DNA of 64,000 nt from a virus (lineage: Duplodnaviria; Caudoviricetes). The position numbers and the translations under genes were made by a program. The notes under the pieces were generated by a model. The model did not search any database and had not been told where the DNA came from. It worked only from the letters and a program-made list of their open reading frames with translations. The stretch covers positions 1-64,000 of the IMG/VR virus record IMGVR_UViG_3300033463_000086; one strand, 5' to 3'. Shown here one piece after another: positions 28,151 through 38,537 of this stretch. Position 1 is the stretch's first letter, and every line of letters begins with the position of its first letter.

Positions 28151-29610
28151 TCCATACCTCCTGCGATAGCCAAAAGAAGAGTAAAGCCCAATATCCCTGC
28201 CGCAATCAGAAACACAAGCATGATACAGCATCTTACAAGGAACGCTGCATCTTCCTGTTCTTGGTTAGGCATTATTGTATTCTCCTATTTGTAGTATGTA
28301 GCCAAGTTCTCTGAAAGCACGAACCAGTGTGTGCGGTGTTACATTCCTACGTCTGCAACATCTACATGCGACCACAAAGGCACTTCTTCCTGAGCGTCTA
28401 CGGCGTTGTGTGTCAAGAAACTCAAACAAGGCTTCGGCATCGTTCGTTACGAGTTCCACCTTGTTCGTCAGGATGTTACGAATACCGAATATCAGACCCA
28501 TGACGCGCATTTGTCTGCACAGGGTTCTAATTCTCGGATGGTATCTCCTGTTCAGAATCGAATGGACCGTCCCTGTGTTTGGAAGTTGTAATCTGTGCAT
28601 AGCATAGGAGTAGATTCTATGACTGTACATTTGATTAAAACGGTCATAGAACTTATCCATGATGTACTTGCCAGCTTCTTCTTCCATAATCAGTGCCTTG
28701 GTTTCATGTCCATAGCGAAGAGAGTGAATAAAATCATAATCAAAAGTATGTTTGTGAGATTAATCATTACCCCTCCGTTACGTTATCAGGATTCTCTTCC
28801 ATCGCTTCAAGGCAATCATCAATGCGCTGGATAAGACGGTACTCTTCTTCCATACCCTCCTTGAGTTCTCTGAATTTCATATCAAGGAACTCAACCCAAG
28901 GATATTCAGTACCGTCTTCGCTTTTGGCATAAACAGGAGGCGTCATAGCCATATAGCCCAGAATCTCGTTCCAGTACATAGCAATAAGGGCTTCTGACTG
29001 CTCTCGTTTACTGTGCAGTTCATGTTTACCTATCCGAGAAAGATAGCCGTCAAATTTGTAGTAAGTACCCCAACCCATTAAGTTGTCTCCTTATCGTTGT
29101 CGCTAACTTCCAAAATAAGTTTCAGCATCTCGTTAGCTTGGGATGCCAGTTTAACATACAAGAAAGCCTGATTGACAACCAAGTCCCTGCCAGTTTCTTT
29201 CCAACGGTAGGTCATGGCTTCGATTGTTGCAAGTGTATCACTGATTTCGTCTACATTTGCCTGAACACGTGAAACAATATTGTCGTTCGTCATATACAAC
29301 CTCCACAGCATCCTTTTGGGATTTGCTCGTTCATAGCGTCAATCACAGCCTCCGCCATGCTGACTGTTATATTTTCGGGGATATAGTTTTTGTTCAACAT
29401 CCAATCACCCTCGATAACATAGTAATTACCTTCGCTATCACAGGTTATGGACCCGCCTGATTCCCAGAAAGGCTCGAATCTGTAATGCTTGCCGTCAATG
29501 TCACAATCAAGTGTACCACGACACCAGCACCATGTCGGACCTTCATAGGTAAGGTTCTCTACCTTGTGCTTTATCATTACAATCTCCTCTGTTATGATTG
29601 TTGTTTATAG

Positions 29611-29642
29611 ATAATATAGCACCTTTTTCTGTAAAGTCAAGC
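29611..29642 (-). promoter_or_regulatory. Sigma70-type promoter (TTGACT-N16-TATATT)
   Basis: Repeated promoter motif in an intergenic gap. Confidence 0.78.
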
Positions 29643-31033
29643 GGAAAAACAAAAATTTCTCAAAAAATATAAGCGATATAGAGTATGACGAACAAGATAG
29701 CCCCGAAAACAAAGGGAATCAGGTCTTCACTTTGCATTTTTGCGCCTTTTTGTTTTATGTTTTTGCGGATAGAACATGTCACACTTACCGTTTTCGTCAG
29801 GCTTAAACCCACACATGCTGACAGGGTACGGATAATCTTTCAGCCTATCGGTATTACGACCGCATTTAGGACGCAGTGGACATTCGTTATTGCCACAGAA
29901 GGTGATGTCATAATCCCAACTATCGACAACTTCTTCCGTGATGCCGTACAAAGCACAAAGCAGTTCAAGAATATCGTTCATTTTGGGTTTAACTCCTCTT
30001 CTGCTCTCTTGGCGATACGGTTGCACATATCACGCAAGGCAATCAGAGCATCGTGTTCAGTTGCGTAAAGTAACGACATTGGCATAAATACCGTACCAAT
30101 CGCGCTGTTGATATAGACCTTTCCAATCGGGTCTATGTGCTTGGGATAAATGTCAGTGACCAAGACATGTTCAATAGTCAGGTCGGTTGTGCCAAATTTA
30201 ATATCCGGCATAATCAACCAGTACGTTTTAGCCATCATACTCTTCCTCCATAGCCGCCTCAGAGAAATCCAAATCAGCATCGGGCTTGTCTGTTGTTCTC
30301 TTCGGTAGCGGTTCAGTTATGTGTTGACGTTTTGGTTTTGTGAGCGTGAAGCAAGTTGGGAAGCATATCAACTCTTTTGCAAGTTTCATAAATCCCCTGC
30401 GTTGCTGTAAGCTGTTGAAGGCAGGTAGACGTTTATTCATCACAAGACAACCGACCATAGTACCGTGTTCGTTCTTGACACAAGCGGCACATGTACTGCA
30501 AATCTTGAAGTCTTTTTCGATGGACCTGCGTCTCGGTTTCTTCACGCCTTCATTCATTTTGGCGTAACTCTCACCTTCCCACAAAGGCAAATCAGGTGTG
30601 TACCATTGACCTTTGTGGTACTGAACGACATTACGAGGTATCAGGTTTTGAACTTTATCGAGGTAAACCCAATAAAGCACCTTGTATTTCTCGCAAAACT
30701 CATTCCACTCTTCATGGAAATGCGTATTGCAAGTAACAATTTCGACCTCATACCAGTAAGTCGATTCTCTGAAAAGCAAGATACGTTGACCACGATAGGG
30801 CATATGTCGTGGGTCGTTTAGCACTGAATAAAATTCCTTGTCCATTTGATGTTTGTTTTGTTTTTGATTTGGATTAAAAGGTGAACGTACCGACTTGCGA
30901 TACAATGAGGGCTTACAGAAGCACCGAAGCACAGCTCTTTAGAGAGTGGGCATTTTGTGCATTTATTCTCTGTAAGTCGTTGAAGCATAGAGTCAATTTT
31001 TCTCATAGCTACTCCGATATGGTTGTATGAAAA

Positions 31034-31285
31034 CTACAGATTTTCTATAGTTCTGATACACATAGCCGCAGTGTGTGACAGCTCCTTGATGAGACAATCC
31101 TTGAGAAGTTTGCGTTCATCGTAAGTGGTTGCATTATCAATATCGTTTGCAACCTGTACTGCCTCACCTGCCTCTTCGGACATAATAGCAACCATCTTCA
31201 CTACATCAGCAGGGAAAGTTTGGTGCTTACGTTTGGCAAGAGTAAGTTCGTTAAGGATGTTATCAACGATTTCTGTTTGTGTCAT
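31034..31285 (-). CDS. MazG-like nucleotide pyrophosphohydrolase
   Basis: SEEAGEAVQ...KEL acidic helix pattern of the all-alpha NTP-PPase fold. Confidence 0.65.
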   Translation of the reverse strand: MTQTEIVDNILNELTLAKRKHQTFPADVVKMVAIMSEEAGEAVQVANDIDNATTYDERKLLKDCLIKELSHTAAMCIRTIENL

Positions 31286-32921
31286 TTTGTCTCACCTTGT
31301 TGGTTTTTGGTTTATGGGTACGGCAGAAGTCCCCAGCGTCTCCGAGTTTCTGTTTGTATAACTTACATTCGGTTTTACACAGCTTGGCTTCTGCAATTTT
31401 TGGGTATTTGCATGGTCCAGTACAAAGAGAACATGCCCAAGTCATTTTGCCTTAGCTCCGTTCTCTAAGAGTTTGTTGAATGTATCTGCGGTTATCTTAT
31501 CACAGTATTCGTTCTCTGCATCGAAGTATGTGTTAATCCAACCGCCACCGGGAATACGAATGTAAGCAACAACCTGTCCGTCTTGGATGTCAACCTTTGC
31601 GTTGTGCCGTTCAAACACATCAGCAAGGTCTTTAAGAAGTGCTTTCATTTTGTCAGTCATTGGTTTTCTCCTCTTAGTGTGGTGATGAGAGTTCCAAACT
31701 GTACCTCATCAAGTTTTACAGATATTGTAGTGTCATCGTAAGGCTTGAAATCTGGTGTAAATGCCTCTTTGATGTTGCCGTGATGGATGATAATAGGAAT
31801 CCCAAATATCAGCGACAGAACGATTAGAAGAATCATACCAACCTCAGCCATGTCGGATAGGTTTTGTTTCAGTGTCATTTTGTCTCACCTCAAAGTATAA
31901 TGTCATCGTGGGGGTCGTGTTGTTTGGTTTTGATACCACGTTCAAGTTTCCATCGTTCCTGTCTGTATTCAAGAACAGCATGAATAACTGTCGTAGCGCA
32001 TATAATAAATACGCAACCGACAAAGATACCTGCTACAATGAAAGCACCAAAGGTAGAATCGTCCATTAATAATCGTCCTCCTCGTCAAAGTAAGAATATT
32101 CGCTGTCCTCTAACTCTTTGCTTATGCGTTCAAGAGCAGATTTAAGACAGAACATGTGGTAATCGTCTCCGATGTGAAACGGACAGTAACCGCAATTACC
32201 TCTACATGATGCGTTGATTTGTAGAATAAGCAAATCGACTACCGCCTTTATTGTTAGGTTTTTATTTACTCGCATCCTTCACTCCAATCGTTTCGTAGAG
32301 TTCGGTTTTAAGTTCATGGATAGCGTCATCAATGATTTCTTTAAGACGCTCATCACGAGGACCAAACCACTTCCTTTTGAAAGCACGAATGGTCTTATCG
32401 AGGGTATCTTTTCCAATATCGGAATCAATATACCACTCAACATCGTGAAGAACCTTAGCGAAATCAACACATAATGCACTGATTTCACGGTCTTGTATCT
32501 GCCGTGAAGCGTCCTCTACTTTATAATAGAGGTAGTCAAGAGAACCGCCACTCATTTTTGTTTCTCCTTATGTTTGTTACAGTCAACGGAACACTCATAC
32601 TCTAAGAGTTTGACGTTCCTCTTTTTAGCCAAGCAAAAGTGTGATTCATGGATAGCCATAATCATACCACCTCTGCAACGTATATTTGCTTTTCTGATAC
32701 ACCAAGCGCAGGTTTTACAGGTCATTTCTTATCCTTGTTCATTTGTAAGAAGTCATAGATAAGTTTATACTCATCGTAAACACGGTCGAAATTCTCATCC
32801 CACTCTTCACAATGTGCATCAAGTACAGCCTGAAACTGTTTAGCGTGTTGTAAGATATTGATGATGAGAGCTTCCGGTCTTTCAATAGAGGTAGTAATTT
32901 TTATCGTGTAGGTTTTACGTT

Positions 32922-33152
32922 TCATTTCTTATCCTTTCGTTGTTTTTCGTTCCAAGATACGATACCCCAAACAGCCAATGCAAGCTGAACCACGTCAAGC
33001 GTAGCCCTGTTGTAAAGACACATAGAGCAGTCGTAAGTGAGCCAAAGAATGTTGCCAAGACACCAGAGGTAGAAGCAAAGAATGTTCATCTTCACATTCA
33101 ACACAGTGCCAGTAAGACAAACAACAGTAGCCGCCCATGTTAGATAGTTCAT
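32922..33152 (-). CDS. Small PnuC-like membrane protein
   Basis: 76 aa with three hydrophobic segments; G.VLN...N..F.LW..GN.LW pattern. Confidence 0.55.
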   Translation of the reverse strand: MNYLTWAATVVCLTGTVLNVKMNILCFYLWCLGNILWLTYDCSMCLYNRATLDVVQLALAVWGIVSWNEKQRKDKK

Positions 33153-33751
33153 GACAGAATCAGCTCCTTTGCGTAAGGAAGTGTTTCAATCCAACCGCAG
33201 AAACGATGCCATTCCTGAAGTTTGTGGTTCTTACGCTGTTTGTAGATAGTTCGTAACTGCATGTAATTGGTAACAACATGAGCCGTCAACTGCAAACCCA
33301 TAGGACAGTGAGCAACAAAATCATCGTAAGTAATGTGACCGTTCTTATACTCACAAAGAGCATCGTTGAGGTTAGACCAATCAGCGTCACTCACATGTTC
33401 GGTTGCCACGTTACTTCCCATAAGCTGTTCAAGGCAGTGCATCTTAGATTGGCTTGAAACAATCTGGATGAAGTGATACCGTTCAAACTGCATCCACCAT
33501 GTATTAGTTGCAGTCACGTTGAACGACACCAAGATACCAGTGAGGAAATTCTTATGACCGGAATTATCATCACCTGCTTTCACAAGACGGTCTGCCCTGT
33601 CTAATGCCAGCTTACCGACATTCAGTTCAGGGTTGTCGAAGTCTTTTACTTGACTGTCGAATACCTCAGCACAAAAATTGCATCTGAACGGAAATCCAGA
33701 TGCAACCAAGGCTTCTTTTAGGTTGTAGACGTTTGTGTTGCTGACGTTCAT
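33149..33751 (-). CDS. Divergent ThyX-like (flavin-dependent thymidylate synthase fold) protein
   Basis: SGHKNFL, FERYHF..IVSSQS, TNYMQLRTIYKQRKNH...EW resemble ThyX motifs; the canonical RHRxxSxxxxSxR is not intact. Confidence 0.5.
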   Translation of the reverse strand: MNVSNTNVYNLKEALVASGFPFRCNFCAEVFDSQVKDFDNPELNVGKLALDRADRLVKAGDDNSGHKNFLTGILVSFNVTATNTWWMQFERYHFIQIVSSQSKMHCLEQLMGSNVATEHVSDADWSNLNDALCEYKNGHITYDDFVAHCPMGLQLTAHVVTNYMQLRTIYKQRKNHKLQEWHRFCGWIETLPYAKELILS

Positions 33752-34173
33752 TTCTTTCGTCTCCTTCTCGGTTTGGTTATTAGTTTAAGTTCTTTGAGGA
33801 AATGGGTTGTCATCGCCCCAAGTAGATAACAATGTGCTTCTGCGTTACTGTCCTCTGCCTCAATACCACGAGGATGCAGAATATTTACCGTTGCATGTAG
33901 AAGTTCGTGTATAAGAGTTGACACATGCTCCGGTGTTTTATCAATCTTAGGCATGAAGATAACGTTGCCGAACAAGCCGCCATCACAGTCACGTAAATCC
34001 ATAGTGATACCTTCCTTGTCCTTGCAGTCGTAAATCTTCTCTGTTTCTCTTTCATTCAGATGCAGATTCTCGACCATCCAATGAGCGCAGAAGGTAGGCG
34101 TTCCGGTGATAAGATAAACGTAAGACGTATACGTATCGTTATAATATTCGTAGACCTTGTTTGCCATAATCAC
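33748..34173 (-). CDS. Putative zinc metallopeptidase-like protein
   Basis: HELLH motif followed by a downstream E (NAEAHCY). Confidence 0.5.
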   Translation of the reverse strand: MIMANKVYEYYNDTYTSYVYLITGTPTFCAHWMVENLHLNERETEKIYDCKDKEGITMDLRDCDGGLFGNVIFMPKIDKTPEHVSTLIHELLHATVNILHPRGIEAEDSNAEAHCYLLGAMTTHFLKELKLITKPRRRRKK

Positions 34174-34176
34174 TCC

Positions 34177-34779
34177 TTATGGTTTTGGCAGTACGTTATA
34201 ATAAGCTATGGAGGTATTCACGAACTTGATGTTTCTTCCGTCCGTTTTACACTTCATAAAGAACCAACCATCTTCGCCTCTTCCTGTAAGTCCGCCATGA
34301 TAGACGTGAAGCTCTCTCATGGTTTTGACTTTTGTTAGGAAGTTAGCCCAATCAATATGACCGATAGGATTAAAGGCGTTCATTATATCAGGATTGCCCA
34401 AATGAGGCAGGTTGAATATCTTGAAGACAATCATATCCTGACCTTCACACTCATCGGCAATCGTCAGGAAACCACGATAAAGCAAGTTATCATCGTCAAG
34501 AATATACACATAGTCGTTATCAGAACCCACGTATTGTATAACCCTGTCAATCCACGATGAAAGCCACTCGTCATTTTCTTTCTTATCCGTAGCGTAAAAG
34601 ACCGTAGTGTGTTCGTCATTGAATTGCGTAAACTCCGTGTAAGGTGTTCCAAAAGTCAAGTCAACGATAAGCGCATGTGTGTAGGTGTGGTGCGAATCCT
34701 TGAAGGCATACGCAATACTGTCCTTGACCTTTTGAATGTTGGTCGGTTTATAGCACCGGGTTATAAAGACAAAATTCAT
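34177..34779 (-). CDS. GT-A fold (GT2-like) glycosyltransferase, paralog 1
   Basis: FITRC, YVYILDDDNL, GHIDWANF, EDGWFF; clearly paralogous to 34782..35378. Confidence 0.78.
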   Translation of the reverse strand: MNFVFITRCYKPTNIQKVKDSIAYAFKDSHHTYTHALIVDLTFGTPYTEFTQFNDEHTTVFYATDKKENDEWLSSWIDRVIQYVGSDNDYVYILDDDNLLYRGFLTIADECEGQDMIVFKIFNLPHLGNPDIMNAFNPIGHIDWANFLTKVKTMRELHVYHGGLTGRGEDGWFFMKCKTDGRNIKFVNTSIAYYNVLPKP

Positions 34780-34781
34780 GC

Positions 34782-35378
34782 TTACCTCTTCAATTTATTA
34801 TAGTAAGCAAGTTCACGGTCTACGAATTTAACGGAACACTTCTCAACCCAAACTGCATTATTGAAGAAGTTGCCGTCAATTTCAGATGATTTCTTACCGT
34901 TTCTGAACACTTTGACACGCTTCATAACATCAGCTCTCGTGATAAAGTTAGCCCAATCAATATGTCTGATGGCGTTGCCAATGTCAGAACGACCCCAAGC
35001 CGGACGTCCTTTAACCTTGAACACGATTATATCTTCATCACTAATTTCTTTGCAGACGTCAAGAAAATCTGGATGAAGGATATTATCATCGTCAAGGATA
35101 TAAACGTAGCTGTCATTCGGTACATTAAAAGCAATCAGAGCAGTATCAATATCGGAAGCCATGAACTTATCTCCGTCAGTTTTGGAGTAGACATAGCTTA
35201 TCTTATCCGCCTTATCTGCAAACGGCTTAAACTCTTCTTCCGTATGTCCTGATGTGCAGTCAACGATAAGGATATGCTGATACGTGTGTTCTGTCAAGCC
35301 GAATACGTTGCGTATACTGTCTTGTACCGCTTCAAGGTTATCAGGTCTTGAACACCTTGTGATGATTGTGAAGTGCAT
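34782..35378 (-). CDS. GT-A fold (GT2-like) glycosyltransferase, paralog 2
   Basis: IITRC, YVYILDDDNI, RHIDWANF, IDGNFF, LAYYN. Confidence 0.78.
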   Translation of the reverse strand: MHFTIITRCSRPDNLEAVQDSIRNVFGLTEHTYQHILIVDCTSGHTEEEFKPFADKADKISYVYSKTDGDKFMASDIDTALIAFNVPNDSYVYILDDDNILHPDFLDVCKEISDEDIIVFKVKGRPAWGRSDIGNAIRHIDWANFITRADVMKRVKVFRNGKKSSEIDGNFFNNAVWVEKCSVKFVDRELAYYNKLKR

Positions 35379-35407
35379 ATTTTATCCTATATGTAGGTTG
35401 TTATCGT

Positions 35408-35483
35408 TGGTGGACTTGCTCGGACTTGAACCGAGATACTCTTACTTATGAGGTAAGTGCTTTCACCTTTAAGCTACAAGTCC
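35408..35483 (-). tRNA. tRNA with CAU anticodon (Met or Ile2)
   Basis: 76-nt cloverleaf GGACTTG/CAAGTCC, anticodon arm CTTAC-CTCATAA-GTAAG, encoded CCA. Confidence 0.9.
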
Positions 35484-35487
35484 AATT

Positions 35488-35560
35488 AGCCGCCTGTCGG
35501 AATCGAACCAACAACCTGATGTTTACAAAACACCTGCTCTGCCTATTGAGCTAAGGCGGC
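35488..35560 (-). tRNA. tRNA-Thr(UGU), CCA not encoded
   Basis: 73-nt cloverleaf GCCGCCT/AGGCGGC, anticodon loop TT-TGT-AA, T-loop GGTTCGATTCC. Confidence 0.92.
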
Positions 35561-35699
35561 ATATCTAAGGTGCTGTCTTCGTTTATTTTGTAGCATACAG
35601 ACAGCGGGGTACACTTGGGAGTCAGGTCTTATGCCAAACCTGTCGGGGTCTGATAAACGAACAGAAGTTATCCCGATACTCATATGGAAGTGGTTATCC

Positions 35700-35957
35700 T
35701 TAATCATAAACGACTGTAGCAGGTCCACCACATCCCGGACACATCGTCTTATTCCGGGAATGTGTAGCGATTGGTGTCAAATCATCAACGTCAGAATATC
35801 CGCAGTTAGGGCAGTAAATGCGAGGTTCTTTACACCCCCTGAAGAAATCCTGAACGGTATAGTCACGTTCTGTTTCTTCCCAATCCATATCATAATCTTC
35901 GTGATGGGGCTTACCTTTACTGCCCCATTCCTTCTCGTGTCTCTTTGTTTTACCCAT
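35700..35957 (-). CDS. Small zinc-ribbon protein
   Basis: CPNCG...CPGCG; start at ATG 35957 just downstream of a promoter. Confidence 0.6.
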   Translation of the reverse strand: MGKTKRHEKEWGSKGKPHHEDYDMDWEETERDYTVQDFFRGCKEPRIYCPNCGYSDVDDLTPIATHSRNKTMCPGCGGPATVVYD

Positions 35958-35986
35958 TTTTAGCTCCTGTTTGTGTTCGGGTTTAC

Positions 35987-36019
35987 TATAATATAGCACG
36001 ACAAAGATAAAAGTCAAGC
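35987..36019 (-). promoter_or_regulatory. Sigma70-type promoter (TTGACT-N16-TATATT)
   Basis: Repeated promoter motif upstream of the zinc-ribbon gene and tRNA pair. Confidence 0.8.
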
Positions 36020-36220
36020 GATTTTACGAAGATTTTTTGAAAATTTTTTGATGGGGTGTCTGCTCTCCTATGGGAAACCGTCAAGAAAACCATAGGAGGC
36101 AGACGTAGATGTATTTGTAGATTCGCTAAGGCACATACATCAGGCACTCTCGAAAGGAATGGGTGGGAAAAGTTAAGGAAACCCACCCTACCGCATCTAC
36201 AAGGCGGCTCTTGTCGGGGT

Positions 36221-37741
36221 TTAACAACAAACGCCAGACTGAGTAATCATATGTGAAAGTTTATCTGAATCGTTCATGGAAACACCGTCAAGCACCTCGG
36301 ATAGAATGTTTGTCTTACGGTCAAGCATACGAGCAAGCCTTTCGTCAAGTGAGTTCTCGACAAAGTGAATGTAACAAACTACTGGTTCCGTTTGTCCATT
36401 CCTATCCAGACGTGCGTATAACTGATGCAAGTCACCGGGAGACCAGCATAATTCACAGACCAATAACGTACTGCATACTGTCTGTAAACCGTCTAATCCT
36501 GTGCTAATAGACTGAATATTGCCTATTAACAACCTGCAATCAGGGTCGTTGATGAACTTCTGAACAGCATCGTCTTTCTTCTTGGTCGATACAGAACCAT
36601 TAATCAAGACAGAGCAATCCTTGAAGTTATCATAAAGAATCTGACCGCACTTCTCACGATGAACACAGGCAACCACAAGTTTATCATCGGTCTGTTCGAG
36701 GTAGTCTTTTATCCAACTTATCGTCAATGGCAACTTTATCCGAATTGCCTCCTGAAGATAAGCCTCGATAGACTGATTCATACGTGCGTTAGCCATGAAT
36801 CTATCACGACTGCAAGCGTTCAGGTATTCGTGTTGCGCTCTGATTGCATCCTGTTCGAGTTGTTTAATATCGTTGGATGCCACGTCAAGTGGTACAGCCC
36901 TTATCTGAACCTTTGGTACTTCCTGATAGATGTCCTTCTTGGTGCGTCTTATCATCGTACCGGATTCTATCAGCTTCTTGTGTAGTTCAAGCGTATTTAT
37001 CGACACGGATGCACGATTATACTTATCCCTGTACGAATTGCAGTAACGCTGGTCATAAACAAAACGAGAAGGGAACAGGGATGGGTTGACCAGTTTTATC
37101 GTGTTATACATATCCGCGTTTCTATCCGTCAATGGAGTACCCGACAGGCAGATACAAGCCTTGACGTGTTTTCTTATCTCGAAGATGGCGCGTGTTCTGC
37201 CAGTGTTATCCGTTTTTATCTTCTGAGATTCGTCAAGTATCATCATATCCCATTGAAACTCGCAAAGCGGTTCCATCCAAGCGTTGACTATATCATAATT
37301 TATAATAGTTATCCGCGATTTAGAGATTTCCATGAGGTCTGCTCTATCATAAGTTGTCGAGTTGCAGACTTTCACATGTGGACACTTCTTTATCTCGTTT
37401 TGGAGGTTGCGTTTCCATTGGAGCTTGATATTGGAAGGAACAACAATGAGCGTCTTCTTGGAACCTGACGCAACATGACACGCAATAGCAGAGCTTGACT
37501 TACCTGCACCCATAACGTCAGCAATCAGCAGGTTCCAGCTATGCTTCGCGGCTTCAATAACGGATGTAAGCTGATAGTGATACAGTACACGATTCAGCTT
37601 GCCGCCTAAAGTACGCATGGATTTGGTGCTGTACCCTTTGCTTTCGAGGAGCTTCATGTTATCCTCGCTGTAAGGCATCCGATACAGCTTACCATCTCTT
37701 TTATAGTAGAGATAGCCTGATTTGTAGCAAACTTTTTTCAA
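36221..37741 (-). CDS. SNF2-family (HARP/SMARCAL1-like) helicase
   Basis: ADVMGAGKS, ILDESQ, LSGTP, QLYARLDRNGQ. Confidence 0.88.
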   Translation of the reverse strand: MKKVCYKSGYLYYKRDGKLYRMPYSEDNMKLLESKGYSTKSMRTLGGKLNRVLYHYQLTSVIEAAKHSWNLLIADVMGAGKSSSAIACHVASGSKKTLIVVPSNIKLQWKRNLQNEIKKCPHVKVCNSTTYDRADLMEISKSRITIINYDIVNAWMEPLCEFQWDMMILDESQKIKTDNTGRTRAIFEIRKHVKACICLSGTPLTDRNADMYNTIKLVNPSLFPSRFVYDQRYCNSYRDKYNRASVSINTLELHKKLIESGTMIRRTKKDIYQEVPKVQIRAVPLDVASNDIKQLEQDAIRAQHEYLNACSRDRFMANARMNQSIEAYLQEAIRIKLPLTISWIKDYLEQTDDKLVVACVHREKCGQILYDNFKDCSVLINGSVSTKKKDDAVQKFINDPDCRLLIGNIQSISTGLDGLQTVCSTLLVCELCWSPGDLHQLYARLDRNGQTEPVVCYIHFVENSLDERLARMLDRKTNILSEVLDGVSMNDSDKLSHMITQSGVCC

Positions 37742-37769
37742 GGTTATGGTCTCCGATTGTTTGTTTGCA

Positions 37770-37882
37770 ATTAATATACACCCTCATTTGGTGTTTGTCA
37801 AGCCAAAAATCAAAGAAAATCTAAAAATTTTTGTAAATAAGTGTCATATTTATTTGACTTCTGCATCAGTAAAGTTTATATT
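37770..37882. promoter_or_regulatory. Divergent promoter pair (helicase leftward, terS rightward)
   Basis: - strand TTGACA-N17-TATATT (37801..37773); + strand TTGACT-N17-TATATT (37854..37882). Confidence 0.7.
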
Positions 37883-37913
37883 TTACTTGTGCAAGAGTAA
37901 AATGGAGACAACG

Positions 37914-38537
37914 ATGAACTTCACACGCAAAGACAATAACGGAAACGAAATCAAACCACCAGACGTGACGATGAATACACACACCGACAAAGGTAACGAT
38001 GAAGACAAACGCGCATGTAACGACAAAGACATGCCGACAGATACATGCACAGGCGTATTAGATGTTAGAGAGGCATTAATGACGGTGAAAGAAAATGAAT
38101 CGCCAGATATGCCAATCGCTAATATGAAAGTTGAAACATTCCTCTGTAACATAGCAGAACAATCATTACATGGGATGCCTGCACTTGTTGATGCATACAA
38201 ACGGTGCGGCTTCAATGTAGATAAACCACCTGCGCTTGTCCGTAATGATATTAGACGTCTGCTTTTCAATAAGCGCATAAAGGAACGTCTGGCATATCTA
38301 AAAGAGTGTGAATGGGAAATCAATAAGCCAGACTTATCATCCATTTGCAAGGAGTTCGAGAATATATTGAATGAAGAAGAGTTAGCTATGAACTCTCGTA
38401 TCACTGCATTAAATTCCCTTGCAAAGTTAGCCGGATTACTTGAAAACAATCAACATAAATCAGACACAAAGGTAGCGGTCATTTTCAACACGTCAGAAAA
38501 GCCGCCTATTGATGTGAAAGTAGAACAGGTGAACTAA
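37914..38537 (+). CDS. terS: Probable terminase small subunit
   Basis: DAYKRCG...RRLLFNKRIKERLAYL (TerS HTH pattern) and RITALNSLAKLAGL (oligomerisation helix); GGAG RBS before ATG 37914. Confidence 0.68.
   Translation: MNFTRKDNNGNEIKPPDVTMNTHTDKGNDEDKRACNDKDMPTDTCTGVLDVREALMTVKENESPDMPIANMKVETFLCNIAEQSLHGMPALVDAYKRCGFNVDKPPALVRNDIRRLLFNKRIKERLAYLKECEWEINKPDLSSICKEFENILNEEELAMNSRITALNSLAKLAGLLENNQHKSDTKVAVIFNTSEKPPIDVKVEQVN

Larger units (their letters stand above)
28265..33000 (-). other. Run of about 17 short co-directional hypothetical genes (accessory region)
   Basis: Tightly packed - strand ORFs of 60-234 aa with overlapping starts/stops and AGGAG-type RBS (e.g. 28265, 28767, 29078, 29290, 29727, 29978, 30228, 30818, 31263, 31442, 31657, 31872, 32066, 32262, 32722). 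Confidence 0.7.

Noticed and set aside
23359-35560. tRNA genes as prophage attachment sites
   Set aside because: No integrase or duplicated tRNA 3' end was seen and no host genes flank them; they have phage-type promoters.
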